64,000 bases of DNA, from NCBI RefSeq assembly GCF_006345805.1, contig NC_043007.1, positions 19,344,001 through 19,408,000 on the forward strand. Reading direction: 5' to 3'. The translations under genes and the position numbers were made by a program. Positions 1 to 12,324 of this stretch are shown here, piece by piece (within the stretch, counting starts at the first letter, position 1; every line of letters starts with the position of its first letter). Below the pieces are notes generated by a model. It saw only the letters and a list, made by a program, of their open reading frames with translations. It was not told the DNA's origin and did no database searches. This DNA is from Octopus sinensis (taxonomy: Eukaryota).

Positions 1-989
1 ATCCTTTTTTGTTTTTTTTGTTTGTATTTACTTATAGTTTGAAGGTCAAGAAATCGTAAAATACCAAAACAAACAAAAGTGTAATGCATAATATATTCAA
101 TCACTAAAAACATAACAAGTGATGCAACTGTATTATTATCTCTACCTTAGTGAAAGTAGAGGTATTGTTTTCAGTTGTCTTTGTTTGTTTGTCTGTCCTT
201 GGACAAGATATCTCAAGAACCACTGGATGGATTCAGATGAAACTTTCAAGGATGTTTGGTCTCGTGCCTGGCACAAACTGATTAGATTTTGGGATCGATC
301 TGGTATTGGACAAAGATACTGGATTATTTTTCCGTTTATTTTTTACTTAATTTTTGAGAGCGGTCAGGTTAATTTTTAGTATTCTTGTTTGTGAGATCAG
401 TCGAGTTTATTTCAGATATTCTCATTTTACAAATCACTTCTGGCTAATCATTGAGACGACATTGGTGTTGCCTTGGCGGAGATTTGTGCTCTCTGAGTGC
501 TCTTTTTATTATCATTATGATAATCATTAATATTACTACATGCAAGGGCCTTTAATGCTTGATAGCTCTCTCATACATGCAAACATACACACTATCTCCC
601 CTCTGTACATACATATACATATGCTTACACACACACACACACACAATCATCATCATCATCATCATGTAACTTCACTTTCCATCCTGGCATGGGTTAGATG
701 GTTTGATTGGAACTAGTTCCAGTATGATTTGGCATGGTTTCTATGGCTCTATGCCCTTCCTAATGCCAACCACTCCAAGAATGTAATGGATGCTTTTAAT
801 AATGTGTGTATATTGATATATATACATGTCATTATATGAGTATTTTTTTATAAATATTTTATATATATGGATGTACACATCTTCATCATCATTTAACGTC
901 CACTTTTCCATGCCTGCATGGGTCACATGGAATTTGTTGAAGCAGATTTTGTACACATCCATACAGTGGGACTGAACCTGAAACCAGAG

Positions 990-1358
990 AGTTGGGAAGC
1001 AGGCTTCTTTATCCATACAACTGAGACCCCCTTCGGTCATGACTGACCATGGGATTACACCTAGGAAGTTACCCTCCAAAGTACAAGTCTGGGCAAGGTT
1101 GTTTATGGAAGACCAGCAGCCGCCCATGCATACCAGCCTCCCCTCTCCATGCCACCAGTGTTATCCAAGGGAAAGGCAAAGGGGCCGATACAGCTTGGCC
1201 CCTGTGACGTTGCAACTCATTTCTACAACTGAGTGAACTGGAGTAATGTGAAATAAAGTGTCTTGCTCAAGAACATAACACACAGCCCGGTCCGGGATTC
1301 GAGCTCACAACCTCACGATCGTAAGCTCGATGCTCTAACCACTGAGCCATGTGCCTTC
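990..1358 (-). mobile_element. tRNA-derived SINE with conserved central domain (superfamily not resolved); related fragments at about 37890-38165 and 56660-56950
   Basis: Minus strand starts ggcacatggctcagtggttagagc (A box) ... gagctcgaatccc (B box), then ttcttgagcaagacactttatttcaca shared by the other copies. Confidence 0.7.
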
Positions 1359-2236
1359 ACATCCATACAACTACACCCATATGTTATGTATATTTACACA
1401 CACACACACACAGATATACATCATTTTTGGATACTGAAACTTTACAAGTTATCGTCTGAAGTATCTTTTCTCTAATCTAAACACAATTATGAAACGGTAA
1501 ATAAACATACGGTGGACGTTTTTGAATAATGCAAGTTCCGATTGTATAAAATGGCGCAAAAGGTTGTGTAATGCAGACTGTTAGTTGTGAAAGAGGAAGG
1601 AGAATGTACCATCACTTAGAGGTGGGATGATGGGGTTACGCAAAATTATGTAGATATGTTTTTTGGAAATTCGGAAAAAATATGAAAAAAATGTGAGTAT
1701 ATGTGTGAGAATATAAAAAAATATTAAAAAATTGCATGCAAGTTAAAGAATCTAATTTTGCAAGAAAAATAACTCAAAAATTCGAGATGTTTCTGCAACA
1801 CATAAATCTCCAAAAAATGGAATCAGTAATGGAGAAATCAAGATTCATATTGTTCTGAAATTAGTAATAATTTCAAAGGTCATCTATTTAATGGTGTACT
1901 TTTGGAAAGTGAGAATTGTGAGGTATGTTATGACAACTTGTGTCTCAGGTTTTCATGACTGTTTTGAAAAAAAAAAAGTTGTAATTCATTTCATGAATTT
2001 GAATGAAAGCTGCCTGATACATTAGGAAGAAGTATATTCAGTGATTGATCATTTGATTTCAAAATACTCACAGCTTTCTTATAGAAACTAAAAGGGCTTC
2101 CAAAGGCTAATTGTAAATTTGTTTAAGAGTTTCTTGAATAAATATACAAATATATTTATAGTTTAAATGTATGAAGAAACATTGCCAAAGACTTTTTAAA
2201 TTCAATATTTTTCCATTTATCAATTAATTATAATTA

Positions 2237-2340
2237 TAAAGTTTTCAATAGAAACTCAGCTAAGGTAACCTAAAGTTTTCAATAGAAAGTTAGTTAAGGT
2301 AACCTAAAGTTTTCAATAGAAAGTCAGTTAAGGTAACCTA
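2237..2340. repeat. 34-bp unit x3 (taaagttttcaatagaaagtcagttaaggtaacc)
   Basis: Three adjacent near-identical copies. Confidence 0.9.
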
Positions 2341-2802
2341 ATGGTGGTGTAAAAATTTTGCGAAATTAGTTATCCACTTTAAACCAAAACAACTCTTTAA
2401 CACTAATAATACATTTTTTCTACTGAATTCCACTGGTCCTTCTTAATGGTAAATGCCCCTTGAAAGCCTTCATGCATTGTTACACCGTAATTTATAGTTT
2501 TTTTAGAATGCATTTTGGGATAACGAGATACATAAGCTTTTAAGCAGCAGATAAAGGGATTATATGTTTGATGTACTTGTTGCTTGAGAACTTCTATATC
2601 TTCTGTACTTATCTATCTAAGCTATACTTCATTCTTGACTTGTTGAACTTATTTAAGGTTTCCTGGTTTCTCATTTTATGGTGGTTTAGTTGTATATATT
2701 ACACCATAGATTTATATTGTGTGATTATCTTTCACAGGAATTCTAATACTGATAAGAGTAATAGTTATGTCAGGGTTTTGAGTTTATAAAAGTTTTGTCA
2801 CA

Positions 2803-2839
<37 letters not shown>

Positions 2840-4655
2840 AATATAACACATGTATTGTATGTGTTGATGTCTATACAAATATATTAAATGTGTTTGTATA
2901 AGCATTACATATATTAATATATATGTAATATTTCATATATATATACACTATATGCAATAAATGTGTTTTATGTATAAAAAATATATTAAACATGAATGCG
3001 TGTGTGCGTGTGTGAGTGTATTTATATATAATTTAGGCGACAGATACTGAGGCAACAAATACTAGCAGCCAAGCGCAGCACACAAGCTCATAGAAAGCCA
3101 AAATACATTGGAACTAAATAGCAATAATGGCATTGGTGAGGTGGGGGTGGGGTTGTGAAGACAGACAAGAAAGAGAGAGAGAGAAAGAGAGAAAGAGGCT
3201 GAAGGAGAATAGGAAGCAAAAAGGGAGAGAGAGTGAGAGAGAGAAAGTAAGGGAGTGATTGGAGAGAGATGAATATCAAAGGTATGTAGATATGTTTTGG
3301 GATTAATAGACACTCAAAGAGAATGGTAAATTATTGATGGTAGGGGTTATGGTGTGGGAAGCAAACCATTAGTTGTAGAGGAATCGTCCAGTGAGGTCAA
3401 CAGTCAGGAAACCGAAGGACATCATTTGATAAATGAGAAGAATTGGCAAGAACTTTTGGGAATAGACAGGCTCCCTACAGTCTATTTGGTTTTCTTGCCT
3501 AAAGTACAGACATTGCCTTTATTACATAATGGTAAAGTTTGGCATGGCGTTAATAATTCCAGTGCTTTAGATACTGAGTTCATTTCCTCCTGTACTTTTG
3601 AGCACTTTGAGCAGCAAGTTTGACTCCGCTGGTTTTTGTTGGAGGCAGGTTTCTCTGCCTCTGACCATGTGATAATTGACCCCTTTTGTGCAAATTATGA
3701 ATGTTCTATGCCATGTGCTTCCCAGTTTTTTTTTCCTTTTTCCATCTGATGTCATCTTTTTGAAAGCTGTTCTGGGAGGCAATTGACAGATTCACCTATC
3801 TGGGTAATAGCATCAGTAACAAAGGCAATATTTAGACTAACATCAACCATGGAATTGGCAAAGCTGTGACCGTATTCCAGAGAATGTGTGTTAGTTAATC
3901 CTCCAATACAGTTGGCTTACTCAGGGTTGGTAACAGAGCCGGTTTCAGCTGGGTTGGTAACAAGGGTTAAGCATAAAAAATGTAAGTTATTTGTAGTGGG
4001 CTATTTTATAGCCATGTTTTAAGGTTTATACCATTCTTTAAGAATTCATTTTGAAATTTTATTTTTGTGGGGAAATGACTAAATGAAGATGTGTACAGTG
4101 TAATTTTAGAGACCAGAAGGAATGGTTTGCTGAACGCCCCCCAGCCCCACAAAAAAACTAATGAGTAAGCCTTGATTTTGAAGCCTGTTTTGGACTTCAT
4201 GAAACTTCATAAAGAATGAAAGGCATTGGAGTTAAGTAATGTTTTTAAAGGAAGGGAAGACATGGCAAAGGGTAGCAGAATAGGGGAGAGAGATATGGAG
4301 GGGTGTAAAGGAAAAGAGAGAGGGAGAGAGAAGGAGGGGGTGAGAAAAGAGAAGAGAGATAAAGAAGAAAGAAAAAAAGAGAGAGTGGGGAGATATATCC
4401 TTACTCCCGAAAATTCTTAGAAACACAAGGAAGGAGGGTTTGAATGAACAAGTAGGGGTCACAATGAAAAACGTCTCCAACTCCCTACCTTGTCCCCTCA
4501 CCTCTCCATCCCCTCACCACTATATATTGACTCACTCATATATAATATATATATATATAAAAGAAAATAAATTAAAAAAAAAAGACATTGCGGGTACGCA
4601 TGGCACGAAGAATTTACAGAAATAGCAGCACATCAGCAGAAACAGATTGGCTCAC

Positions 4656-4667
4656 TTTGTCAAAATC
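4656..4667 (-). CDS. PLCB4: Candidate 12-nt in-frame microexon (DFDK) in the PLC-beta X-Y linker
   Basis: Minus strand tcttttcctgcag|GATTTTGACAAA|gtgagc; phase 0-0 matches the upstream exon; flanks are unique and CpG-rich. Confidence 0.6.
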
Positions 4668-4745
4668 CTGCAGGAAAAGATTTTGATCCAGTACCATAAG
4701 GCTCCGCCGGGGGTGGGGACGGGAGAGAAAGAGGGATAGATAGAT

Positions 4746-4780
<35 letters not shown>

Positions 4781-5189
4781 AAGAGAAGAGGGACAGGTTT
4801 GAAAAAAGAAAAGAAAAAGAGAAGAAAGATATATGTTAATAAAGAAGAGCGTTAAATTGTGTAAAATGTGATTAAAAACAACAATAACAAAAAAAAAAAC
4901 TAAAACATAACTTTCAAAAATAACTTAAATAATAATTCATAATGATTTTATAAAATTAAAAAAAAACAACAAAACTGTGAAACAGGTGTTAAGAACTGTT
5001 AGGTTTAAAATGCCAAAATGTGAATAAAATTAGGGAAAATGTGACAAAGTAACAAAGAAGTTAGATGTGAGTGAAACAAAATGTAAAGATATTTAATAAA
5101 GTTATGTGAAACGTTGAAGACACATCAATGTGTTTTAGAAAGGAATAAAAAAAAATTAATATAAAAGATGCTAAAACACAGAAAAATAA

Positions 5190-5365
5190 AATGTGAAATT
5201 GAGATCAAGAATACGTGAATAATATGCTAAAAATGTGAAAAATATGCTAAAATGTGAAAGATATGCTAAAAATGTGAAAAATATACTAAAATGTGAAAAT
5301 ATGCTAAAATGTGAAAATATGCTAAAAATGTGAAGAATATGCTAAAAATGTGAAAAATATACAAA
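5190..5365. repeat. About 19-20-bp minisatellite (aaatgtgaaaaatatgct)n
   Basis: Visible tandem units. Confidence 0.8.
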
Positions 5366-6540
5366 AGAAGATGTGGATTATTATACATACATAAAACAGA
5401 TGTGAATTACATAAAACAAAGATGCAAATAATATAGAGAAAATATGTGAATTATATTAAAAAAGAAATATAAAAAATATATACAAAAGATATGTGAGTTA
5501 TATTTAACATAGATGTGATTTATATGCAAAAAATGTGAATTAAATGCAAAAAAGAGGTATGTGCAAAACAACAGGTAACTAATTAGAAAGTTAAAGTACA
5601 ATCTTTACAAAAAATAAATGAATAAGAAAATAATGATGATAATAAATAATAATAAATAATATAGAAAATTAAATTAAGTAGGAACAAATTTGAAGTCAGT
5701 GAGGAGAGCTGAAATGTGTGAAGATTGATAAGCTAATAAGAAATTGTGAAAAGTGTGCGTGAAACAAGGAAATTATGAAGTAATGAGGATAGATAGGGAG
5801 TGTGGGATAAGAGGTGGAATGTGTGAAGTAAAGGGATGAATTTGTGGGACGAGGCATGGTATTTATGTAATAAGGTGTGATATGTATAGGGTAGTGTGTG
5901 AAATGGTGTTGGTGTGAAATGTATGGGGTGATGTGTGAAATATGGGCAAGAAGATATGAAATGTTCAGGATGAGGTGTGAAATCTGTGGAGGAAGATGTG
6001 AAATATTTGTATGAATGGGTGTGAAAGAGGGAAATATATGGGGTGAGATGTGAAATGTTCTTGGTAATTAGGTATGGAATAAGGAAAGAAAGAAACATTA
6101 GGATTATGAAAACAAGAGGAAGTATAAAAAAAAACCCCACTCAATCAGCAGGATAGCTCCCTACAACACTCACTCACACAGAAAAAATATATTAAAAAAC
6201 TTATGATGGATAGAAAGTGTAATGCGCTAAAAATTGGCTGCAAACATAAACCCAATGGAAGTGAAATACATGTTTTCACCACTAATTTCAATTTAATATG
6301 TTAATATATCATACTGTATTCATCTATGTGTCTGCATGTGTGTGTGCATGCACACCTGTGTCTGTGCACATGTATTTATGTAGGTGTGTATGAGTATTTA
6401 TGTTTGTATATATATATATATATAGGTTTGCATATATGCATATCTGTGTGTGTGTGTATGTTTGTGTATACATATATGTATGTATGTATATATATATATA
6501 TTGTGTGTGTGCATGTGTATGTATATATATATGTGTACAT

Positions 6541-6596
<56 letters not shown>

Positions 6597-6616
6597 AGTG
6601 AGAAATATGTTCACAT

Positions 6617-6647
<31 letters not shown>

Positions 6648-7619
6648 GTGTGTGTGTTGTGTGTGTGTTTGCATATGTGCATATCTGTATGCATGTGTAT
6701 GTGTGTGTATATATACACACACATACAATTGTATGTAATTCACTTTTGAGTTCTCATTTGTGTTTAGCAGAGACTAGGAAGCCTAAAATGATTTTTTTCC
6801 CATTCGTTTCTGCTGATTTTTGCTTTGATTTGTTGAAAACAGGGGCCACGTGGATGAAGAAGCAAGTCACAGGATGAAGTGAGAAGCCAGACCACTTCCG
6901 TTGTGGGACAGGTATTTCCGTGACTCTGTGTTTGAGGTAATTTTATTGAGTCTATTCCATATTTAGATGCAGGGGTGGCTGTGTGGTTTAGAAATCTGCC
7001 TTACAGCCACACGGTTTTGGGTTCAGTCCCATTGTGCAGTGGTACCTAGGACAAATGTCTTCTACTATACACTCAGAGTGGCTAATACCTTGTGAGAGAA
7101 TTTGGTTGATGGAAACTATATTGAAGCCCATTATATATATATATTGGTCTGCTCGCTTAGCCAGTGGGGTGGCATCATTGAAAGCTAAAACAATGTGAAG
7201 CGCATTGTGACCAGCGATGTGTAGCAACATCTGATGGCCTGGTCGGTCACAAAAATATATATATATATTTATGATCATGTGTGTGTGTGTGTTTATGTGT
7301 ATGTACATACATACACACACACACATACATGCATGCATGCATATATATAATGGGCTTTTTTTTCAGTTTCTGTCTTCCAAATTTGGTCACAAGGTTTTGC
7401 CTGGTTTAGATCTATAGGAGAGAACACCTGTCAAAGGTGCCACTCAGTGGAATCGAACCTGAGACTATGTGGTTGGAAAATGAACTTATTCTCGTAGCTA
7501 TGCTTTTAGAACATCTGCCTCCATTAGTCATTGGGTTTCTTAGGTAACAGAACCTGTCTACTATGTCTGGAAGAAAAATATTATCAGTGAAGAGCTAAAA
7601 CATGATCAATATCACCAGG

Positions 7620-7651
7620 TTATATGTAATATATGTCTATATATATATATA

Positions 7652-7703
<52 letters not shown>

Positions 7704-7711
7704 TAATATAA

Positions 7712-7755
<44 letters not shown>

Positions 7756-7920
7756 ATATATAATATATATATATATATAATATATATATAATATATATAG
7801 TATATATATATATATATATTATATCTTATATATATATTATATATATATACTATAAGTATATATATATATATATATATATATATCTATAAGTATATATATA
7901 TATATATATATAGATATATA

Positions 7921-7993
<73 letters not shown>

Positions 7994-8025
7994 TATATAA
8001 TAATAAATATAGGGAATAAATCCAA
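7620..8025. repeat. Long interrupted (TA)n microsatellite; many similar tracts occur across the window
   Basis: Direct inspection. Confidence 0.95.
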
Positions 8026-8151
8026 ATTTACAGGGAAAAAATCAGATTAGGATTAAATCGATTTTATAGTAAAATATTATAAAATTTATTCGAGACAAAA
8101 CCACTATTTTGCAAAACAAACTTCATAATTTGACACTGAATTATTGGAAGT

Positions 8152-8194
8152 CCACCTGAAGATTGTCGATCAAGACAAGAAACGATTGTAGTGG
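8152..8194 (+). ncRNA. Hammerhead ribozyme motif (type I, minimal) inside a repeat with a 36-bp inverted duplication
   Basis: CCAC-CUGAAGA-UUGUC(gaucaa)GACAA-GAAA-CGAUUG-UA-GUGG: helix I 4 bp, helix II 5 bp, complete core, GUA cleavage triplet. Confidence 0.7.
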
Positions 8195-8301
8195 CGGTTT
8201 TTTTGACTATTTTTAAAATTTATGTATTGATTAAGTCTTTCCTTGTTTGTTTTGCAAAATAGTGGTTTTGTCTCGAATAATATTTTATATAAGTATATTA
8301 T

Positions 8302-8335
<34 letters not shown>

Positions 8336-8343
8336 AGTATATA

Positions 8344-8382
<39 letters not shown>

Positions 8383-8440
8383 TATATATATATATATATA
8401 AGTATAATTAGTATATATATATATATATATAAGTATATAA

Positions 8441-8475
<35 letters not shown>

Positions 8476-8677
8476 GTATATATATATATATATATATAAT
8501 ATGATCTATATATATATATAGAAATTATTAAAGTCATAAATGATTATTAGTAGTCAACAAACACAATATTAAAAACTTTTAAGAAATAAAATCTACACTC
8601 TTGTAATAATAAACATGCAACATTTAACATAACAATACATACATATATATATATATATATACATACACATACATACA

Positions 8678-8757
<80 letters not shown>

Positions 8758-9905
8758 TATACACACATACATACATGTATGTATATATATATAAGCTCGA
8801 GTACATGGAACATACATACATATATATATTTAATTATCACAAGCTGTAGTACATGTTGCATTTCTTCAAGTTCCATAAGTGATGATGCTGATGATGATGA
8901 TGAGGGTAATGGTGATGATGACAACGACGATGATGATATTTAATGATGCCAAGTTGCGAGTTAGGAATATGGCTAGGGATCACCAGGAAATCATGTTAGA
9001 ATGATATAGGTATGGTGTTACCTATGTAATGTGCTCCTTCTTCTGGAATGTTGTCCATCCTAAACAAGAGCACATTACAAGGTGATTATTACCACCATAC
9101 CTATGTAATTCTAACATCAATTTAGGTTTTATCTAAGGTACCAACGAGTACTTTCTGACAACTCAGATTTTCTATTATGAATAACTCTGTCTTTCTGTAC
9201 GACACAACTTGTATGAATAATAGAAAAAAAAACTATAATCCATTTTAACATCTAATCTCCTCCATTTACATAAATATGAATGAATTAGTTGAACTGTGTT
9301 TAATAAGTTAAATCATATATTTAATATTTGTATATGTATGTAAATATATATCGTTGCTATTATGTTAAACTGTTGTATGTTCAAATTTTCCCAAATGTGT
9401 TCTTTTCAATATTTATTTTTGCTTGCAATAGCCGATTCTTTTGGTCAAACTATCGTATCTCCAGCTGCTTCAGATGCCAAGATATGAAAATTGCCAATGT
9501 GTAGTACAATGGTTTAGCATTTTACAAAAGTGTAGTAAGTCCCACATATGACGGTTTTGCAAAAATATTTCTGACTGAAAATATCCTACATGCATGGAGT
9601 TAGGATTTTATGCCCCCAACAAAGTATTATTGTTCAGCTGAAACTGTTGCTAAGGTAATAAGAAATGGAATGGGGAAACTATTTTTTCGTTTCCTAAAAA
9701 AAGCAACGTTTTGGACATTCAAGTTAATCAACATCCAAGTTAATCATCATCATCATCATCAGACAAAAGAGAAACAAACTGAAACAGAAACATGGCAATG
9801 CTCTAAAGTAATGTTAATTAGCAGGAATCATCGTTGCATGCAGCTCCTGACAGTGGTTGACATACAGTAGTAGTAGTGTGATAGTAATAATAATAATAAT
9901 AATAA

Positions 9906-10317
9906 ATGCCCTGATGCAGTACCAGGCAGTGGCTCTCGTGGCTCCTGATCTTAACTGATTGGAAGTGTTATCATGTACATTGTTATGTCTTGGTATAAAA
10001 GATGGGCAACAGCAAATATTCTGCTCAATGCCACAGATTTGCTTGTCAGTTGTTCGACCTTAACCAGTTGAGAATGTCCCTTAGTGGCTGACGATATGTG
10101 CATCTCTGATCACGAGCAGAAGTAGTGGGGGAGCATCATAGCCATGTGTTGAGAGGGATTCTTTGGGTTTTGAACAATTCACCTTTGGAAACATGGGTGT
10201 TTCGTTCAACATCCTTAAACAATCCTTATTCAGGGACCTTTTAAACATGATGGGTTACTCGACCAGAAAAAAATTCTAACTGGGCCCCACCTGCAAGGTC
10301 ATGTGCTGTTTATCTTG
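9906..10317 (+). mobile_element. Interspersed repeat, about 410 bp; inverted partner at 20052-20463 (full copy about 19915-20463)
   Basis: About 90% identity by eye to the reverse complement of 20052-20463. Confidence 0.85.
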
Positions 10318-12221
10318 CCCAGCATGCTAACAATTCTGCCAGCTCACCGCCTTAAAGTGATAGAATTAATGTAACCCTGAACAGACAATATAAGAATAAA
10401 TGCATTATATATTTTTCCAAACACTCTTTGAGTGGAGTGAGGCAGTTGAAGAATGCTGGGATCATAATCCAGAAGTCTGTAGATCAAAACCATACACTGT
10501 GAAGAAATGGATACTGTTTTAGATATTAATACTTCATCACTGAGTTGTCTCTAAATGTACCAACCATATACATGTATATACAGGGGTAGGTACAAATTAT
10601 ATTATGTAACTGAAATTTATACAGGTTCAACACGTATCTGCTTCTGCCTTCTGCCACCAACTACTAAAATATGAAATAGGTGAGTATCCTGCTGTTTAAG
10701 ATGCAATCTAAGGCAAGCAGAGTTATGTCCCTTGTCAAGTAGCAACTCACAATGGCTGTAGGAATGATGCTTGAGCTAACTTAGGGCTCTGACCCTTAAC
10801 CACTCAGGCATAAGATTTGAACTCAGAATGGAGAGAACTAGAACAAGTACTGGAAGGCATCTTCTCCACCACTCTAGCACATACACACAAGTCAATCACC
10901 GTGAATCATGATGGGATCTACTGTCAATCAAAGAGACTGAATAAACCAGAATTTGCTTCTGTACATACTGGCAGACATTTAAGCTGAACTTGTGGTACTG
11001 ATTTGCCAATGGATAGTCTTATAAACATGATGAACACTGCCTTTCCTTCGAGGAAGTAGTTGAAACTCAAACTGTTTTAAAATGATCAGGTTAACCAGCA
11101 TGGATTATTTCCAGAAAGGTGTGGTAGATTCGAAACTAAATCACAGGGCAGCTGTGTAAACATCACGGTTAAGACACAGCTGTGTCACATGATCGGCCAA
11201 TTGATCAGTATGAAGCCATCACACATGATTCAACTTTCTAGAACTTCCGCATTGAATCCTATAAATACATGGTATTTTGGTGGTAATCAGGGTAGCCACC
11301 TGACATTTTCATACAACAGTTTAGAAAACATGTTTTGTTGTCGTGAATATAGCGTGATTATTTTCCAGTTGGGATGGGCCCGCCATAGGTTGATACAAAC
11401 CAGTTAAATAGTCGTAGATCCAAGTAGTATATCTTTCCAGCTGAGTAACTGTTGCTGTTATTTTGCCATTAAATGTTTGTGACTGTTGTTAATTACTTCT
11501 ACATGCAACCCTAGAAAGACATATTTTCTTTCTGCACAAACATCAAGTATTAAAAACCACACCTTGTGACATTAATTAGATTTGTTGACGACTTCTGATT
11601 CTCTCTCACGCCTACTTGTCCTAGAAACAACACACCTATGCGCAGAGCTATTAGTATTTTAAAAACGGTAATTCCTAAATCAAATCAGAAGGCCACAAGC
11701 TATGTGGGTAAATTACGGTCAAATATAGAATCAGTCTTTTGTTCTCAACTGGTCTTTATTTTATTGATCTTGGGGGAAGATGGAGGCAAAATTCTTTCTG
11801 ACAGGATTTGGATACGAAATGTCAAAGAGAGGTAATTGAGAAAAACCAAAATAACAAAGCATTTTTCCTTCCACTCTACGAAATCTACCACTGAATCAAG
11901 AAATTGGTTGATTCCCACTTTTTCTTTTTTTGTATTTTTTTTGTTTTTTTGAAGATAAAACAAACATCAAAAACTGATTTCTCAAGCAACGGCATCAACA
12001 AGAACAGCAGCAATATAAATCATTTGTAATGGACAATGTTTGCTTCTTGGTATTAACAAACAAGCAAATAAAAAAACTATATATATATATGCATAATGGG
12101 AAGAATAAGTACTTCAAAGCAGCAACGAAAAACAGCCCAAGATCACAATTTCATTCAGGAAGTTGAATGCATTTAATCATGAATGATGCAAAAATCTCTA
12201 AATTGTCTTTGAAAATGAAAT

Positions 12222-12263
<42 letters not shown>

Positions 12264-12275
12264 AATATATGATAT

Positions 12276-12324
<49 letters not shown>

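Noticed and set aside
3350-3800. Coding-like stretch (minus-strand DLTGRFLY)
   Set aside because: Multiple stops and no recognisable domain; at most a decayed transposon fragment.
10410-10522. + strand peptide EAVEECWDHNPEV resembling the TGF-beta receptor kinase motif EECWDHD
   Set aside because: Only about 8 residues match, with no flanking kinase similarity or splice context; probably chance. blastx would settle it.
11600-11630. Possible second microexon (tttctag|GACAA|gtaggc or GACAAGTAGGC|gtgaga)
   Set aside because: 5 or 11 nt is not frame-preserving, and the longer form has an in-frame TAG; the acceptor is weak.
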